A DNA stretch of 64,000 nt from the NCBI RefSeq assembly GCF_009914755.1, contig NC_060932.1; one strand, given 5' to 3'. Shown here in pieces: positions 62,293 through 64,000 of this stretch (within the stretch, counting starts at the first letter, position 1; every line of letters starts with the position of its first letter). The stretch comes from the human T2T-CHM13v2.0 reference genome, Homo sapiens. The position numbers were made by a program, and so were the translations under genes. The notes beneath the pieces were generated by a model. That model made no database searches. It saw only the letters and a list, made by a program, of their open reading frames with translations, and was not told the origin of the DNA.

Positions 62293-62302
62293 CATGGAAC
62301 AT
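62293..62302 (-). CDS. IL7: Interleukin-7 coding exon 1 (ATG TTC CAT G; M-F-H-V...)
   Basis: Minus strand reads cgcagaccATGTTCCATG|gtaag: good Kozak (-3 A) and a canonical donor at 62292-62291. It joins exon 2 in phase 1 to give the recognised IL-7 N-terminus [25 protein letters not shown]. Confidence 0.97.
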
Positions 62303-62903
62303 GGTCTGCGGGAGGCGGGCGTAGTCATGATGACCGCAACTGGAGCAGGAGCAAGCTCTCACCGCCCATAGTCACTCCCAGGACCCTGGTCTTCCGCGGA
62401 GTTGCCGAGTCTGTGTTGGGCAGGGTGATCTCTGCAGCTGGTTCCTCTTACCCACGCCGCGACTGCAGTTTCATCCATCCCAAGGGGGGCGGCACACACT
62501 ACGGCGTGGCTCTGCGCTTTGCCTTTTCCATAACTTCCGTAGGATCCGCCAGCAGTGTACTTTCAGTTTCTACTTTGCGCTTGGTCTGCAGGTTCAATCT
62601 TTGGGATCATCAGCATGGAATCTTCATTATCCCCTCTCTCCTGGGCACCTGCTTCCCGCGCACCTGGATGAGGACCAGAGGAATTCGCGAATTTCCGAAT
62701 CACCGCAGGAAAAACCAGCTGGCCTGAATCAAAGCAATTCTGGGTAAAAGACTTCCCAGATGATCTCTCAACGCCTTGGCAACGCTTGGCGACTGGGAGC
62801 TAGAACCATGAGTTGTTAATGTGTGCACGGAAGCCACAAGTGTGCAGGACGCAAGCTGGGTTATTGGAAGCGGACGACACCAAGGAGGCGTTGCCGCGGA
62901 TGT
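62303..62903 (-). other. IL7: IL7 long 5'UTR (exon 1 non-coding part; multiple start sites, upstream limit approximate)
   Basis: Sequence from ACATCCGCGGCAACG... to the ATG matches the recalled IL7 mRNA leader; nine upstream ATGs counted. Confidence 0.8.
62559..62570 (-). promoter_or_regulatory. IRF-E/ISRE (GAAACTGAAAGT) of the IL7 promoter
   Basis: Consensus IRF element at -268..-257 relative to the ATG, consistent with the described IRF-1/IRF-2-responsive element of IL7. Confidence 0.88.
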
Positions 62904-63344
62904 GGTGGACGATGCCAAGTCGTCTTTTAAAAAAGGAAGTGAAGAATGATTAAGAGGGTCACGCCCTCTACCACTCCAACCTCTCTAATCAGTCTCTTTC
63001 TGCTCCGTCTGCTGTACATGCACCTGCTCAGGTGAGACCTCAAGGAAAAATAATCCTGTGGGTCCACCTAATCTGGTAAGTGTTGTATTTGGAAAATCAA
63101 ACCCCAAATTAAACGCAGGACGTGGAAACTGACGATAATATTTAACTATTACTTCCACGTGCACATTTATCTGAATTGGCTAATAAATCAAACTATTCGT
63201 CTTGAATGCATGCCACTGAAATGTTAACTTTTTCCTGGGCTTGAATTATGTAGCTTATTTGCTACATTAGTTTGGTTTCTGCTATTCTGCAGAAACCCTG
63301 CTTAGATGAAGGTGGATAATGTAAACCAGTAACAACAGCGATAA

Positions 63345-63525
63345 TAATAACGACTATCATTTATCTAGCATTTGCTCTCTGCCAGTTTTGTGCTAAGCAT
63401 TTTATGTATATCATCTCATGCAAAACTTTGTGTGAGGTAGACCATTTTCTTATCTGCACTTTACAGATGTGGGGACTGAGACTTCCTTAAGTAACTTTCC
63501 AAATTTCACTTAGCTAACTGAGCTT
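63345..63525 (-). mobile_element. MIR
   Basis: actttacagatgtggggactgagac...ttaagtaactttccaaatttcac. Confidence 0.75.
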
Positions 63526-64000
63526 AGACACAGACTTGCTGCATTTGGGCTGTAGAAACTCCTGCTTGGAACTCCTGTGAATAAAGTAATAATGTGCACA
63601 CTGATGCCGGGAGGGAGATGACAGTACGTGTGTGGCTTTGCCCCAGTGTGGGGACTTCAGGAAAGTTTCCTGGAGTCTGTGACTTCTAAACTGACACTTG
63701 AAGAGGAATGAACTTGGGGCTGGTCAGGAGTATGTCACATTCTGCTATAGCGTGAACAAGGAAGAGGAGGGAAGGAGAAAGGAAAAAAAAGGATGGCAAT
63801 GAACTAGGGAGAACAGAGTTGCTCAAGCCTGAAACTTGGGTCTCTGATTCCTTTTTTGGTCTCATTTCCCACATCAAATCCATAGACAAGTCCTGTCTGC
63901 CCCACCTCCAAAATTAACCCTAAGGTGACTATAGAGACTGTCTAAGGGATCTTCCAGCTTTCACTTTTGCCCACAACCCCTTCATTCTTCTCAGAGCAGC

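Larger units (their letters stand above)
61700..62970. promoter_or_regulatory. CpG island / TATA-less IL7 promoter spanning exon 1
   Basis: Sharp rise in GC and CpG density against an AT-rich background. ETS-like motifs (acttccg 62533-62539, ggaagtg 62935-62941); no TATA box evident. Confidence 0.9.

Noticed and set aside
61966-62918. Several 70-160-aa ORFs over the CpG island
   Set aside because: Expected from stop-codon scarcity in GC-rich DNA; no recognisable protein. Only the uORF aspect was retained as a finding.

Overview
This is primate (human-like) genomic DNA covering the 5' part of the interleukin-7 gene (IL7, minus strand). It contains the CpG-island promoter and 5'UTR, coding exon 1 (62293-62302), intron 1, coding exon 2 (55463-55599) and about 55 kb of intron 2; exon 3 lies beyond position 1. 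Intron 2 is mostly layered retroelements: old L1MC/L1MA, two 5'-inverted L1PA, internally or 3'-deleted L1P copies, Alus, MaLR/ERVL LTRs and Tigger-family DNA transposons. It also holds a young processed pseudogene of THAP12/PRKRIR that still has a 670-codon open frame. Most ORFs in the supplied track are repeat fragments. I found no convincing new multi-gene system. The best leads are a 315-bp ~97.5%-identical inverted duplication in intron 1 with a snap-back/templated junction scar, two further local templated insertions, an intronic NF-kB plus IFNB-PRDI-like motif cluster, uORF and alternative-splice features of the IL7 leader, and the residual coding potential of the THAP12 retrocopy. Repeat subfamily names are from recall, not a database search.
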